A stretch of DNA of 64,000 nt, taken from Paraphysomonas bandaiensis (lineage: Eukaryota; Protista; Chrysophyceae). Under the pieces are notes generated by a model that saw nothing but the letters and a program-made list of their open reading frames with translations, did not search any database and had not been told where the DNA came from. Shown here in pieces: positions 1-10,496 of this stretch (the stretch's first letter is position 1; every line of letters begins with the position of its first letter). A program made the position numbers and the translations under genes. Location: the NCBI GenBank assembly GCA_965644295.1, contig CBFFRP010000258.1, positions 40,303-104,302 on the forward strand, read 5' to 3'.

Positions 1-190
1 GGGACACTTATAAGTAGTGCCACTTGTGGAAACGTCTCTTTGGGCCTTGACGAATAAACAGGCCTCCGGGAATGGGCCAACCTGAAAGGTATCAGGGTAT
101 TGGGCTGCCTGCTGAAGTCTAGCATCCGGGCTACTTCACCTTAAGGATAGAGAGCGAAATTGGTTGCACCTTGGTGCTTGCGGCGACACA
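1..190 (+). repeat. SINE-like dispersed repeat, copy A (may be truncated at window edge)
   Basis: Shares TTGGGCCTTGACGAATAAACAGGC..CCGGGAATGG and GGTTGCACCTTGGTGCTTGCGGCGAC with 15195-15510 (+) and 3318-3645 (-). Confidence 0.75.
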
Positions 191-1047
191 CTTTAACCTA
201 ACTCGGGGTGTTACACCAGGTGCAGCTATGTGTATAAAATGAGTGTGTGAATATGACAACAAAGAAGCGAAATGTGAAGATGAATGTGCTTATTACTATG
301 CCTTACCAATGCCTGAGCACCCTCAAGCACCTGAAGACGCCTCCTCATACGTGTTAACAGCAAGGTTTGTAACATAATAATAACAGCACATAGAACATAA
401 ACAACTCATACAGAACCATTCACATTCCATGAACTATCTAGAAACACAGCAGAGAACACAGAACGATATTTTGCAGAAAATTCAGCAACATTTCACAATT
501 TTGTGAAGATATCCACCTTCTGGAAGATTCACGTAGAAGCCTATAGGAGGTGCCTTTAACCAACTCAACAGCCACAGACCAAATCAGTTTTATTTTTCAT
601 TATATTTAACGAATAATACAAATCTATTTTATAGTAATATAGCCAATTTTGATTTATAACAATTAGTGATGAATACAGTCGCATTATTACATGGTAACGG
701 ACTTAATGATGCTAGCCAAACTGTAATGTGATGACCGTATGAGATAGTGACTGTGTAATGTGTAAGATAGTATGTTCGCTACTTTATGGTTGAAGTGCAG
801 TTAATCAAACTAGTTAATGATTTTTATATTCACTGAGATATTATTTCTTATTTATAATGCTACTTGTGTTAATTTCTCACAAGACAAAAACTGGAGAGTT
901 TAACTCTAATGAATAGTTGAAGCTAACATAGCTTATTCTGCTTAATAATAGTGCAGCTTGATGATGCTTTGTTCCGTATGACAACAATTAAGAAGAAAAC
1001 CAAGACAAGGATACAAACTGCTCAAAGAATTCTTTCTACAATACTTC

Positions 1048-1128
1048 TTGTTTAATAATAATAGTTTCGCCACTTGTTTAATAATAATAGTTTCGCCACT
1101 TGTTTAGTAATAATAGTTTCGCCACTTG
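1048..1128. repeat. 26-bp tandem repeat x3 (TTGTTTAATAATAATAGTTTCGCCAC)
   Basis: Three near-identical adjacent units with no spacers, just downstream of the 1174 stop. Confidence 0.9.
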
Positions 1129-1173
1129 AAGTGCTTCTTTTTTGGCTTTAACGAAAATATTCACAATAACTTT

Positions 1174-2054
1174 TTAGTGTGCACCATTGTATTTTGACCT
1201 TACATGGCCATTTTCATACTTTAATCTAATATATTTGTCATACTCACACATACAATTCTGAACGTTGTGCAACGGCAGCGACATAGCGAGCTCTTCTCTA
1301 ATTTGTTGCTGTATATCTAATAGTTCCACATGTCCCTGGTCCTGACTAATAATACTTTTTAATTTCCTGTCGTGATATCTATTCAAACCACGCATACTTC
1401 CTGGCCCAAGGGGCGCCCATGTCAACCAATCTGTTGCTGATCGAAGTGGTTCTATAAACTTTAAGTCTGCAACTACTTGGCCAGCCATAAAGGAAGCGAA
1501 TCCCGTTTGCGTCTGTAAGTACTCCCAATATGACTGCAACGTCTCACCACTTCTAGGATTTCGTATTCTCTCGAAAAGAGGTGTAAAAACATGGTCGACA
1601 GAGTAGTCAATCTTCTCCATTGACAAACCGCCAGTGGAAACAGTGTATGCGCCTGTATAAACCTTCTTCCCTTGAGACTTCCGGGCCTTAAGAATACTTC
1701 GTGTTTTTTCAGCATCCCACTGATGAGGAAACCCGATATCGTCCAAAGTATCTGGCCAGTTGAAATGCCTTGCAACGCATACAGCGAAAGCAATGTTAGG
1801 ACTATCCGAGTAAGGTTCCAACCAACTTCTAAATATCCAGCGGGTAACTCGGTCATCTTCCCGGTTCACCTGTAATAAGGTCATCACTTACATTACCTGA
1901 AGAAAACAAAACATACATTGCAGAACTTGTAACTCATCAGTATCCTATCCTGTGTCCAAGGTTTGGGCAACCCCGCCTCCTTCTTGGCTCGAATAGACTC
2001 TCTTTCCTTGATCCAATGGAATAACTCCCTCTGTTGAGGGCTCAGTGATTTCAT
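1174..2054 (-). CDS. aGPT-Pplase1 / amino acid:DNA transferase-like protein (phage thymine hypermodification family), 277 aa, 2 exons (2054-1917, 1869-1174)
   Basis: Splicing a 47-nt GT-AG intron (1916-1870) gives MKSLSPQQRELFHWIKERESIRAKKEAGLPKPWTQDRILMSYKFCN|VNREDDRVTRWI. Downstream motifs: YTGAY, GFASFMAGQVVADLK, GPGSMRGL, QNCMCEYDKY. All match this HhH-glycosylase-fold family. Confidence 0.85.
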
Positions 2055-2170
2055 CGTTGAAGTTTCTGTGCTATTTATAGATAGTTCACATTTGTGAACT
2101 TTATTTTCGGCTCTTGCGTTACTCAGTAACCAGCAGAGCAGGATATGCAGAGTGTATAGGTATCTACGTA

Positions 2171-2184
2171 GTAGGAATTCCTAT
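2171..2184. promoter_or_regulatory. Palindromic motif GTAGGAATTCCTA(T) in a divergent intergenic region
   Basis: One of 7 copies, all upstream of host genes. Confidence 0.55.
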
Positions 2185-2464
2185 GTATACATGTAGGTAT
2201 ACAGTGTATATGGGTAGGATAAATGCGAAAATTAAAAAAATATTGTAGAATTTTTTGCTGCCGAGGTGAGGTTCGTACAACGATAGCAGCAATTATAGTT
2301 GCCACTGTTGTGGTATCTACAAAGTGTCGTCTTTTCAAACTTCTGGATCCTTGCGTTGGGTGTCATATTTTCAACTCCTACTTGCTGGCATCACTTCGCC
2401 GGGACTGTCATGGGTACTGTATTTGAGGGTTTGGAGGTATATTTGTGAATGATACTAGTATCCC

Positions 2465-2975
2465 ATGTATGCAGGTCGGAATGATACGTTATTCAACCCC
2501 GCTGAGCTACTATATCTAGAGGTGTCTTTCGTTAAAAGCGTTGTTGAGTCTTCATGTATCGTGGAGATCCCTGTGAGCGATACTGTGGAATCTCTAAAGG
2601 AAAGAGTATTAGAAGAATTTGACATAGGCATATTGGCAGATAACTACGCTTTATATTCGAATGGTAGTCATTGAGCGTGACTGTGCTATTTTTTAACGTC
2701 ATTTCGTAGGAAAGCAGTTGGACGAGTCATTGTATGTTTCGGACTGCGGCCTCGTCGACTGGGATACTATCCATTTAAAAGAAAAGAACAGCAATTCGAG
2801 AATGCGGTCCATAGCTAATTCTCAAGATGTGATTGACTTTGGCTATGAAGATTCCACAGTTGATGACTTTGGCTATAGACATATTTTTCGTAATGTATTA
2901 AACCTTTTGTGCTGTGTTAGGGATGATGCTGGCGACGATATTGGCGCTTGTTACCTAGAAAATAGTCGTGAGTAG
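2465..2975 (+). CDS. Small ubiquitin-like domain protein (true start uncertain, possibly ATG 2410 in an upstream exon)
   Basis: Intron 2664-2709 joins DTVESLKERV...LYSNG|KQLDESLYVSDCGLVDWDTIHL, which aligns with ubiquitin DTIENVKAKI...[27 protein letters not shown]. Confidence 0.65.
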
Positions 2976-3317
2976 TATTTTTTGTATAATTTTTGAAGTC
3001 CCAAGCATTGTTGTTAAGATTACTACATTACGTAATCTTACAGCTTTCTTGTACATTAACGTCGTCTTTTAAGACTTGTGTCTTCTATGTGCATATCTTC
3101 CTACTTTGGGAAGATTGTGACTGGCAGCGGCGGAAAAATTGCATATCTTCTAGTCTATACAATCATACTCCGATGTATGTTAATATTATTGAAAGTGCTC
3201 TCTTCTTCGAACCTATCAGAATTTGACATAATTAGGTGGTAAAGAATTATATAACAGAACATAGCATTGTACAATGTGCACTAGATATTAGATGTTTGAA
3301 TTATACAATTATGATCA

Positions 3318-3645
3318 GTAGTGAATGTCTTATTATTAGCAACAGGCGTTTAAAAGTCAAAACTAATTTAGCATTGCAATTTAACTAACAAGTGCTTAAC
3401 TCTGATATCCTACTATTTAGCGCTACGAAAGCTGCTTGTGCGTCACCGCAAGCACCAAGGTGCAAACACTTTTGCTCTATCACTCAAACGCAGTGAGCAA
3501 GCAGAACGTTAATTTACCTGACTTCACGATTTTTGAGTCATTAAGGTGAACGGTGAACAGCCCAGATGCCCTTTAGGTGGGCCCATTCCCGGATGCATGT
3601 TTATTCGTCAGGGTCCAAAGACGTTTACACAGTGACACTTATTAG
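3318..3645 (-). repeat. SINE-like dispersed repeat, copy C
   Basis: Reverse complement aligns over ~300 bp with 15195-15510 and ends ...AAACGCCTGTTGCTAATAATAAGACATTCAC. Confidence 0.8.
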
Positions 3646-4095
3646 TATATCAATATTTTGTTGTAGATGGATATATCGTCCCGCGGCCAAGTTTAGATTG
3701 TAGCTTACCCCCGTGATATGCAGAGCCAAAATTAGTAAAATTGAAAGTTAACTAATGATAGTGGGCTGATGTCTGCAGTATTTACTTTCTACCGGGCTAA
3801 TATAAGGCTATGATGGCGATATGAAGGTGCACACACAGGACGACCTGTGTATGTTCTATTGAATAAACAAGATGGGATAAGTGTATATTTGATAACTAAT
3901 TAAACGGGTATCATTGTCAACTCTGCGCCATCAAAAACATTCTTCAATACAAGTACATTTTAATTTATCAGTTGATATCCTGCACCTCTAACAATATGCA
4001 CAACACATTATATTGACAGTATATCTTTGTAATTTAAAGCCATATATCTTGATATGGGTGGGCCCAGGCAATCTCAGAAATATAGCCTCTCGTTT

Positions 4096-6446
4096 CTACA
4101 CGACTACCGAAAAAGCAATAACAAATACACTTCCAATTGCAGCTGACCCAATAACAAAGTGATAAATGGCAATCTTAAGGTCAGTATTCGAGTCATTGGA
4201 CGCAGAATTTTTCTCAAAATGTAGTGCCACAGTGTGCCCATCCGTTCCAGCGCTTACATGCTCCTTGTCTAGTCTGATTATTCCCCAAATACAGCGTCTG
4301 CAAAGCTCAAACATTGCTAGAAATGGCCCCAATTGGTCACTTAGGGAGTACGAAAAAGGGCTCCCAGAGGATCCCTGGTACATTACAGGTAAGAGAAAAT
4401 TACAGTGACTAAGTATATTCATCAAATACCTGTGGAATCAACGATAGCGTCCAGAGGCCACGCAACAGTAGATCCAGCACCATTGCAACGTAATAGAACC
4501 CCTTGTTTTTCTTGTACATCAAATGACGTCGAAGGAAAACCTTGTTATCCAACGACCTCCAATCACCGCTAACCAGTGATTTCCAGGATGGGAGCACCTG
4601 GAATAAGCTCCAATCATTAAAAACATCCCAGTATGTTGAGTACAGCGTGGATGTGACGAGAAGAATTATGAACACAATCCTATATATAGAATGAGAAAGA
4701 CTAGATGTCTGCTGACTGAGAGGGTGTGACAACCCCATGATCACTACAATCATACTGAGAGTATACTTAACCGCATTGTAGGAGTGAGGCCACACTAGAA
4801 TGCCCCATCCAGATGAAGGAGGGGAATCGTGTACCTTACGTAGACACTGCGCAAAACGAAACCACAGAGGGAGCAGTGCAAGAAGACCAGTCAACACAAA
4901 CATGTAATTGTCATTACAAGTGCCAAAATTATGCAGTGAACTTGAGTGATCGCGATAGGCACCTGACAAGAGGTAGCATACGGCATAGGCGCAGTTACTG
5001 TACACCTTAATACAAGAAGTCATGACATCGGCAGTGAAAATCTCCCTCAAGGTTACGGGGCTGAAAGGTGAAGTTACAATGCGGAATATAACAGAAGGTG
5101 AGTAAAGTCGATGGGACGCTGAATCCCGCTGTCGAGCAGCTTGAAGTACACCATGAACAAGATAAAACAGGGCAATGAACATGATAAAGTAGTGGGGTTC
5201 CATATCCAAGTGTAGGACATGTCGACGAGCCTTATAGTATAATATTAGGTCTGCTAAGTAGACCATGCTGATGACAGACTGTTTGGAAAAAAGTTCGTGC
5301 GAACTGGGGGAATGGTCGGCACTGAGGTCTAAGAGCACCAAATAGTTGACATTACAACGTTCCCACACACTCACACTGATTGCCCACAGCCAGTCATATA
5401 CAATTAGATTGCCGATGAAAGAGTAGACATACAACGCCGGATCATTCCAAAGAATGTAGCCATTCTCAGGCTCAACGATGGCCTCCCATAGAAACCACAC
5501 TACAAGAAGAAGCACGACGCCAATCTGGCAACCCAGATACCAAGAGTCAGTTTCATTGTGGCCACCTTTCGTCATTTTCAGTTTCCCTTTCGCCTCAACA
5601 AGGTCACCATCGCAGCAAAATTCTGCACATAGCTCAATCGTCCGCTTTTTAACCCGGTTTAGGCGGTGGTCTTTCTTGGCTGTGCTTCCGAAAGAGGTCT
5701 GGTAGACTATAGTATCCATGAGTTCGGGGTAAAGAGGTGTCACATTCTTTGAGCAAAGTTTATCATGCTTCTTGAGAATTTTAATAGCAAGCATACAGTT
5801 AAAAAAAGCAAAAGACTCTAACTCGTCAAGCTTTTTGTATATGGCGACATACGCACGTAGAACTGACAGCTCGCGATCTTTCTTCTGTTTGCGAACAGAC
5901 TTTGCAAGGCCGACATTTACCTCCATTGATGGAACAACACCTTGTTCATTCGCCTTTTCCAGAGATGTAGTTAACTGCTCTTCTGCTTTATGAAGCGTGT
6001 GTGTAAAAAACTCAGCTACCCTTTCTATTTCCTTCAGGAACATTTCCACGAACACAGTCTCATTCCAGTCCTTTTTCTTCCCTTTCAATGGACCAGTGCT
6101 GGGCAATTCAATCTCGTGTGATTTGCGCTCCTCAATATCACTAAACTCCGACTTTTGATGATCGTCAGGTATCGCTGTAGCTTCAACTTCCTGATTCACG
6201 CTATTGCCAGTACACAGTCCATACCTTTGGAGAAACCGCTCGTCCTGCGAACTCCAAAGACTTTGAAAGGCATGCCTACACAGATCATCAGAATATGCGT
6301 AACATTCTGTTGATAAGACAATACATTGTGGTATCTTTCACAGATGAGTCTCTTTGAATATAATTCTTCAGTGTATCGTATTCGAGATAATGCACAGACC
6401 ATTTCCGGATGATATGTTCCTTGAAATTCTTCTCCAACCGAACCAT
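4096..6446 (-). CDS. XPR1: SPX and EXS domain phosphate exporter homolog (XPR1/SYG1/PHO1 family), multi-exon
   Basis: SPX N-terminus MVRLEKNFKEHIIRKWSVHYLEYDTLK (ATG 6446) and KILKKHDK. EXS motifs: ADVMTS, LPLWFRFAQCLR, NAVKY, YWDVFNDWSL, DLLLRGLW, ELCRRCIWGIIRLDKEH. Confidence 0.88.
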
Positions 6447-6719
6447 TGCAATTGATGGAAGCGGACCACAGAATGGAACGATATCAAACAACGATGTCTA
6501 CGACAATGGGCTAGAAATAACACATACGCATTACCAAGTAAATCTGGTACAACTGTGGCGTGAACAACAAGGTCAAGCAAGAGAAATTATGAATATTATG
6601 ACAAGTGAGAAAACAACTTTCAGGAAGAAATTTTTTTAGCTTCTTACGTAAATACGATACGGTATACACAGAGTACTCAGAGTACAATAACATTCCTACC
6701 GTAGTAAACCAGTTGTGTA

Positions 6720-6733
6720 CTAGGAATTCCTAC
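6720..6733. promoter_or_regulatory. Palindromic motif TAGGAATTCCTAC midway between divergent XPR1-like and NHP2 starts
   Basis: About 270 bp from each ATG (6446 and 7001). Confidence 0.55.
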
Positions 6734-7000
6734 TGTACTACGTCGTCACTCATCAACATATTTTTTTTGAATAGGAATACAGCACATGTACAGCAGTATA
6801 CACATGTAGTATCACAATCTATCATACATTGTACATAGCTGCACGAGCAGCAGATATGGGAGTGATTGGCGGTCAGGGCAGCGGAATAAGGAGCACAGCA
6901 GACACAATCATCACGACACATCGACCAATTTCATTGCAATATTACATATTTCGGATTCCCGGGTTTTATATTTATTTGACCTCGCTATTAAGGCAAGATT

Positions 7001-7426
7001 ATGGCTGAAGAAAACGATACTGGATATGATGAGAAAGTGAAGTATGTTAATGTGATCTCGCAACCATTAGCATCCAAGAAAACAACGAAAAAAATCCACA
7101 AACTTGTAAAGAAGGCCGCAAGCGCGAAATTTGTGCGTCGTGGAGTCAAGGAAGTTGTGAAAGCTCTTCGCAAAGGAGAGAAGGGTTTCTGTGTTATTGC
7201 TGGGGATATTAGTCCTGTGGACGTAATAACTCATCTTCCGATTATGTGTGAGGACAGGGATGTGCCTTACCTGTATGTTCCAAGCAAGCACGATTTAGGT
7301 GCTGCTGCGTCCACCAAACGCCCTACTTCTTGTATTCTAATAAACCCAAAAGATTCTTTTGATGACATGGAACTTTACGGTAAAATAGTTGAGGAGGCGA
7401 GGTCTGTTGCTCCAATCAAGTATTAA
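7001..7426 (+). CDS. NHP2: H/ACA ribonucleoprotein subunit 2 (L7Ae family)
   Basis: RRGVKEVVKALRKGEKGFCVIAGDISPVDVITHLPIMCEDRDVPYLYVPSKHDLGAAASTKRPTSC. Confidence 0.95.
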   Translation: MAEENDTGYDEKVKYVNVISQPLASKKTTKKIHKLVKKAASAKFVRRGVKEVVKALRKGEKGFCVIAGDISPVDVITHLPIMCEDRDVPYLYVPSKHDLGAAASTKRPTSCILINPKDSFDDMELYGKIVEEARSVAPIKY

Positions 7427-8015
7427 GTACCCTTGAATGCATGAGTCTTCATGGGTATGTTAATGGAGTCAAGAACAAGTAGCTGTTTTATAATGGAGTA
7501 TATATACAAGTCTATGTAATAATAATGCCTTTATTTTACAATCAACTTTGTGGTCAAGTTTGTATTCTTTTATAGTCTTGACAAAATATGTATTGAATAA
7601 ACTATATTGCAATATCATTGGAGCAAACACGTGGCATTCAGAGAATATGTTAAATCGAATATAAATGTCAATGCTGAGTATGAGTCTGAGAAGTTGCAGT
7701 GATAAGACAATACGCAACATAGGATAAACATTTAGTCACAATGTACTTTCAAGAAGAGATATAGTTATTGATCTTATCATTACGCTATCACCGCTATCCG
7801 CTATCACCATACATTATCAAATCAGATCAACAAATATTGTAAAAGAAATACCTTCTATCTTAATTAAGACTGTGGCATTCATTAAAAAGTGAATTCATTC
7901 TATTACACAATTTAGGAAATTACACAACTTTTAGAGCAAGTCATCATTCTCTCCAAGTTGAATTCCACCCTTCCTCTTTCCTCTGTTGTAGAAGATCAGA
8001 ATCATGTCAAAACTG

Positions 8016-8160
8016 GGACTTCGAAACAATACTTTAAGAATTTAACTGGAGAGATCTAATGCCACATCTATTGCTGAAGGTAACTTGGAGCAGTAGCTCC
8101 CAGTCCGGGTTTAAGCCACGTCATGATATCAGGATTGTGTGCGTCGCATATCATACACAC
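8016..8160 (+). repeat. Degenerate dispersed repeat (related to 20660-20820)
   Basis: Both copies read GGACTTCGAAACAA...AAGAAT...GGAGAG...GGAGCAGT.GC.CCCAG...GGGTTT.AGCCA...TATCATACACAC. Confidence 0.6.
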
Positions 8161-10287
8161 AGCGTTCGATTTAGTTGCAATAGCAGGGATTAAGGACGTT
8201 GCACAAAATATGATGATGCCAGATAGTTTAGATAGATAAATAAATAGATAGAAAATTATAGAGAATTAGAAGTAGGATAGATATATAGATGGAAAGTTAA
8301 TTGATATAAAAAGTATAGATAGTATAATAGTGATAAGTATAGATTGAAAATATTTGAAATTCTTTGAAATATTTGGCATCCATTTGCTCCATAACTGTCA
8401 AATAGAAACTCAGTATTCTTGATGACATTAAAGCACAGGGAAGTAGAGTTAGAATAGAGAATAATATAGACATGAACACTGAATTGAGCGCAGCTCCTCT
8501 TAAGTCCTAATATCGAGTGCCGAAATCATTTCAAACAAAACTCCAAGGCAACTATGCAAATCACATTGACTAGTCATATAAGAAAAGAAGTATTGTGATA
8601 ACACAGAGTGAACTCCATTGAATATTTCATCTGACAAACAATATTGTTTGGCATATACACTACTCATATTTGTTCAAGAAATTCCAACTAATTGAATGTA
8701 TAATCTTCAGGCAGTGACAACAGACAAAAAGAAGTTTCACTCCTGCTGATAGAACACTGAAGGCTTTCCGTAGCACTTAATAAGCTGAACCATCCTTGCA
8801 AGTCACAACCCACGTAGTGCCATAGAATTGATAGTAAAACTGACTCATTGCGGATCATATCGATATATCTGAATAGAACTCTTGAAGAACAACAGAAAAT
8901 TCCAAAGTCTCAAACTCAAAGATCCATCAAAATCATTTTGGATATTTCAACTCCATACAACTTGCAGATAATACAAAATGACGATTAAATACTCCATCTA
9001 GTACAAAAAGTTATATCTCATCAAACTTTCTTTGCAAACCATAGTATTTCTCATTGTCCTCTTTGAGATTGACACAGGCTCAATACATACTCTATAGCCT
9101 TTGTGGACTGGAAAATCTTTTGAACACATACATGGAAAAAAGAAACTTGGAAATTATATAATACATCAAGTTAACTGCAGAGCTTTCCATATTGGACTTT
9201 GAATCACTGATTCTCACTTAGTCACTCAGAACCGTATAATAACAAGATTGATACATTGACCGAATCAATATTCTAATATATAAAGGTAATAGAAAAAAAT
9301 AGATACCGTATATGCTATACATAGAGAACATTGATACTAAGATACACATTGTGAACACAGTGAACTGTGTGACACCTTCACCTAGTTTGACTTGCAACTC
9401 TATACAACACATTTTTGACTTCAAGAAAACATCATTCAATGACGACATATGTTCTAATTGACTCTGGTGTAGACACTCATCGCAACAAGTAACAAACAAC
9501 CAAACTTCCGAAGTAAGACGAAATGAATTGGTACAATGATGACAATTGATCTCAATATTCCTCATAGTACCGTATAGAGAACTTAAGCACCATTGACAAC
9601 AAGGAAATTGATGAAAATCACAATTCAACTCCAACACTGAAAACTAAAGATAAAACTGAAAAGAGTATGAGTATAAACCTGACATATGACTTGAAACATA
9701 AATAGTATTAATGACAATTTGCTCTTCTGAAGCTGCTGGCGTAGTGATACGACACCTTATTTGACGAAATAAGATCTCGTAGGACTACGTCAGCCGCTTC
9801 AGTCATAGGAGAAGACGAAGTTGTACCTCGATAATAAAACATTTCAGACACACAGCACGATGAACTTGCTTCATGTGCTTCTGGAGGCATTGGTGTTACT
9901 GTGTCAACTATTCCTCAGATCTCAGAACAAATTGTTGATCCAGCCTTACTGTAGTCGTGGATTGAGACAGCTATTCGAGATGGAATTCGAAATGCTACTC
10001 AGAGTGTTATGGAGGATACTAATGTTGTTCAACCCCGTCATGAGAGGAGAGTGACAATACAATGAAAATCTCTACAAAGGGAATGTAAGGAAATTTGAGG
10101 GAATGTGATGAAGATCTGAATACCAACTTTGGTCACTGAAAGAATCAAGTGAGAGTTAGCGCACATATCTTCAGAGCAGTTCACATGATCACACTGTGCA
10201 TCCAGCCAGCAGAATCTATGAAGCACTTTCCTCAAACTACTGTGTTGTATTACAGACGTAGTAGGTAGTATGTCAGCTCTGATTCGT

Positions 10288-10301
10288 GTAGGAATTCCTA
10301 C
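10288..10301. promoter_or_regulatory. Perfect palindrome GTAGGAATTCCTAC upstream of the TCP11-like gene
   Basis: About 200 bp before ATG 10497. Confidence 0.55.
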
Positions 10302-10496
10302 AAGCGTATTCTTCTTGTCTTCGTCACATCTAGACATTACTATGCCAGGTACAGTATGTATATAGGAGCATACACAGTAAAGTCCAGATATATACAGCAG
10401 AACGTCCAAGAGGATATCATAGACTGTGTATATTCACCATAAGCATAGATCTAAGTGTACAGTTAAGTATATCATAAAATTTCACTATAATTCGCC

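Noticed and set aside
28-75. Hammerhead ribozyme in the SINE-like head (GAAACGTC...TTGACGA; CTGACGA in copy C)
   Set aside because: Stems I and II cannot be formed, GAAA is not conserved across copies, and no GAAA follows the core
1048-1128. CRISPR-like repeat
   Set aside because: Direct tandem units with no spacers, no cas genes, and a eukaryotic context
1174-2054. Prophage or bacterial contamination as the source of the phage-like gene
   Set aside because: The gene has a spliceosomal intron and the host promoter motif, and no other phage or bacterial genes are nearby
8500-9640. Cys-rich ORF 9218-9637 as a decayed CxC/KDZ transposase
   Set aside because: Many stops and no convincing catalytic motif or termini
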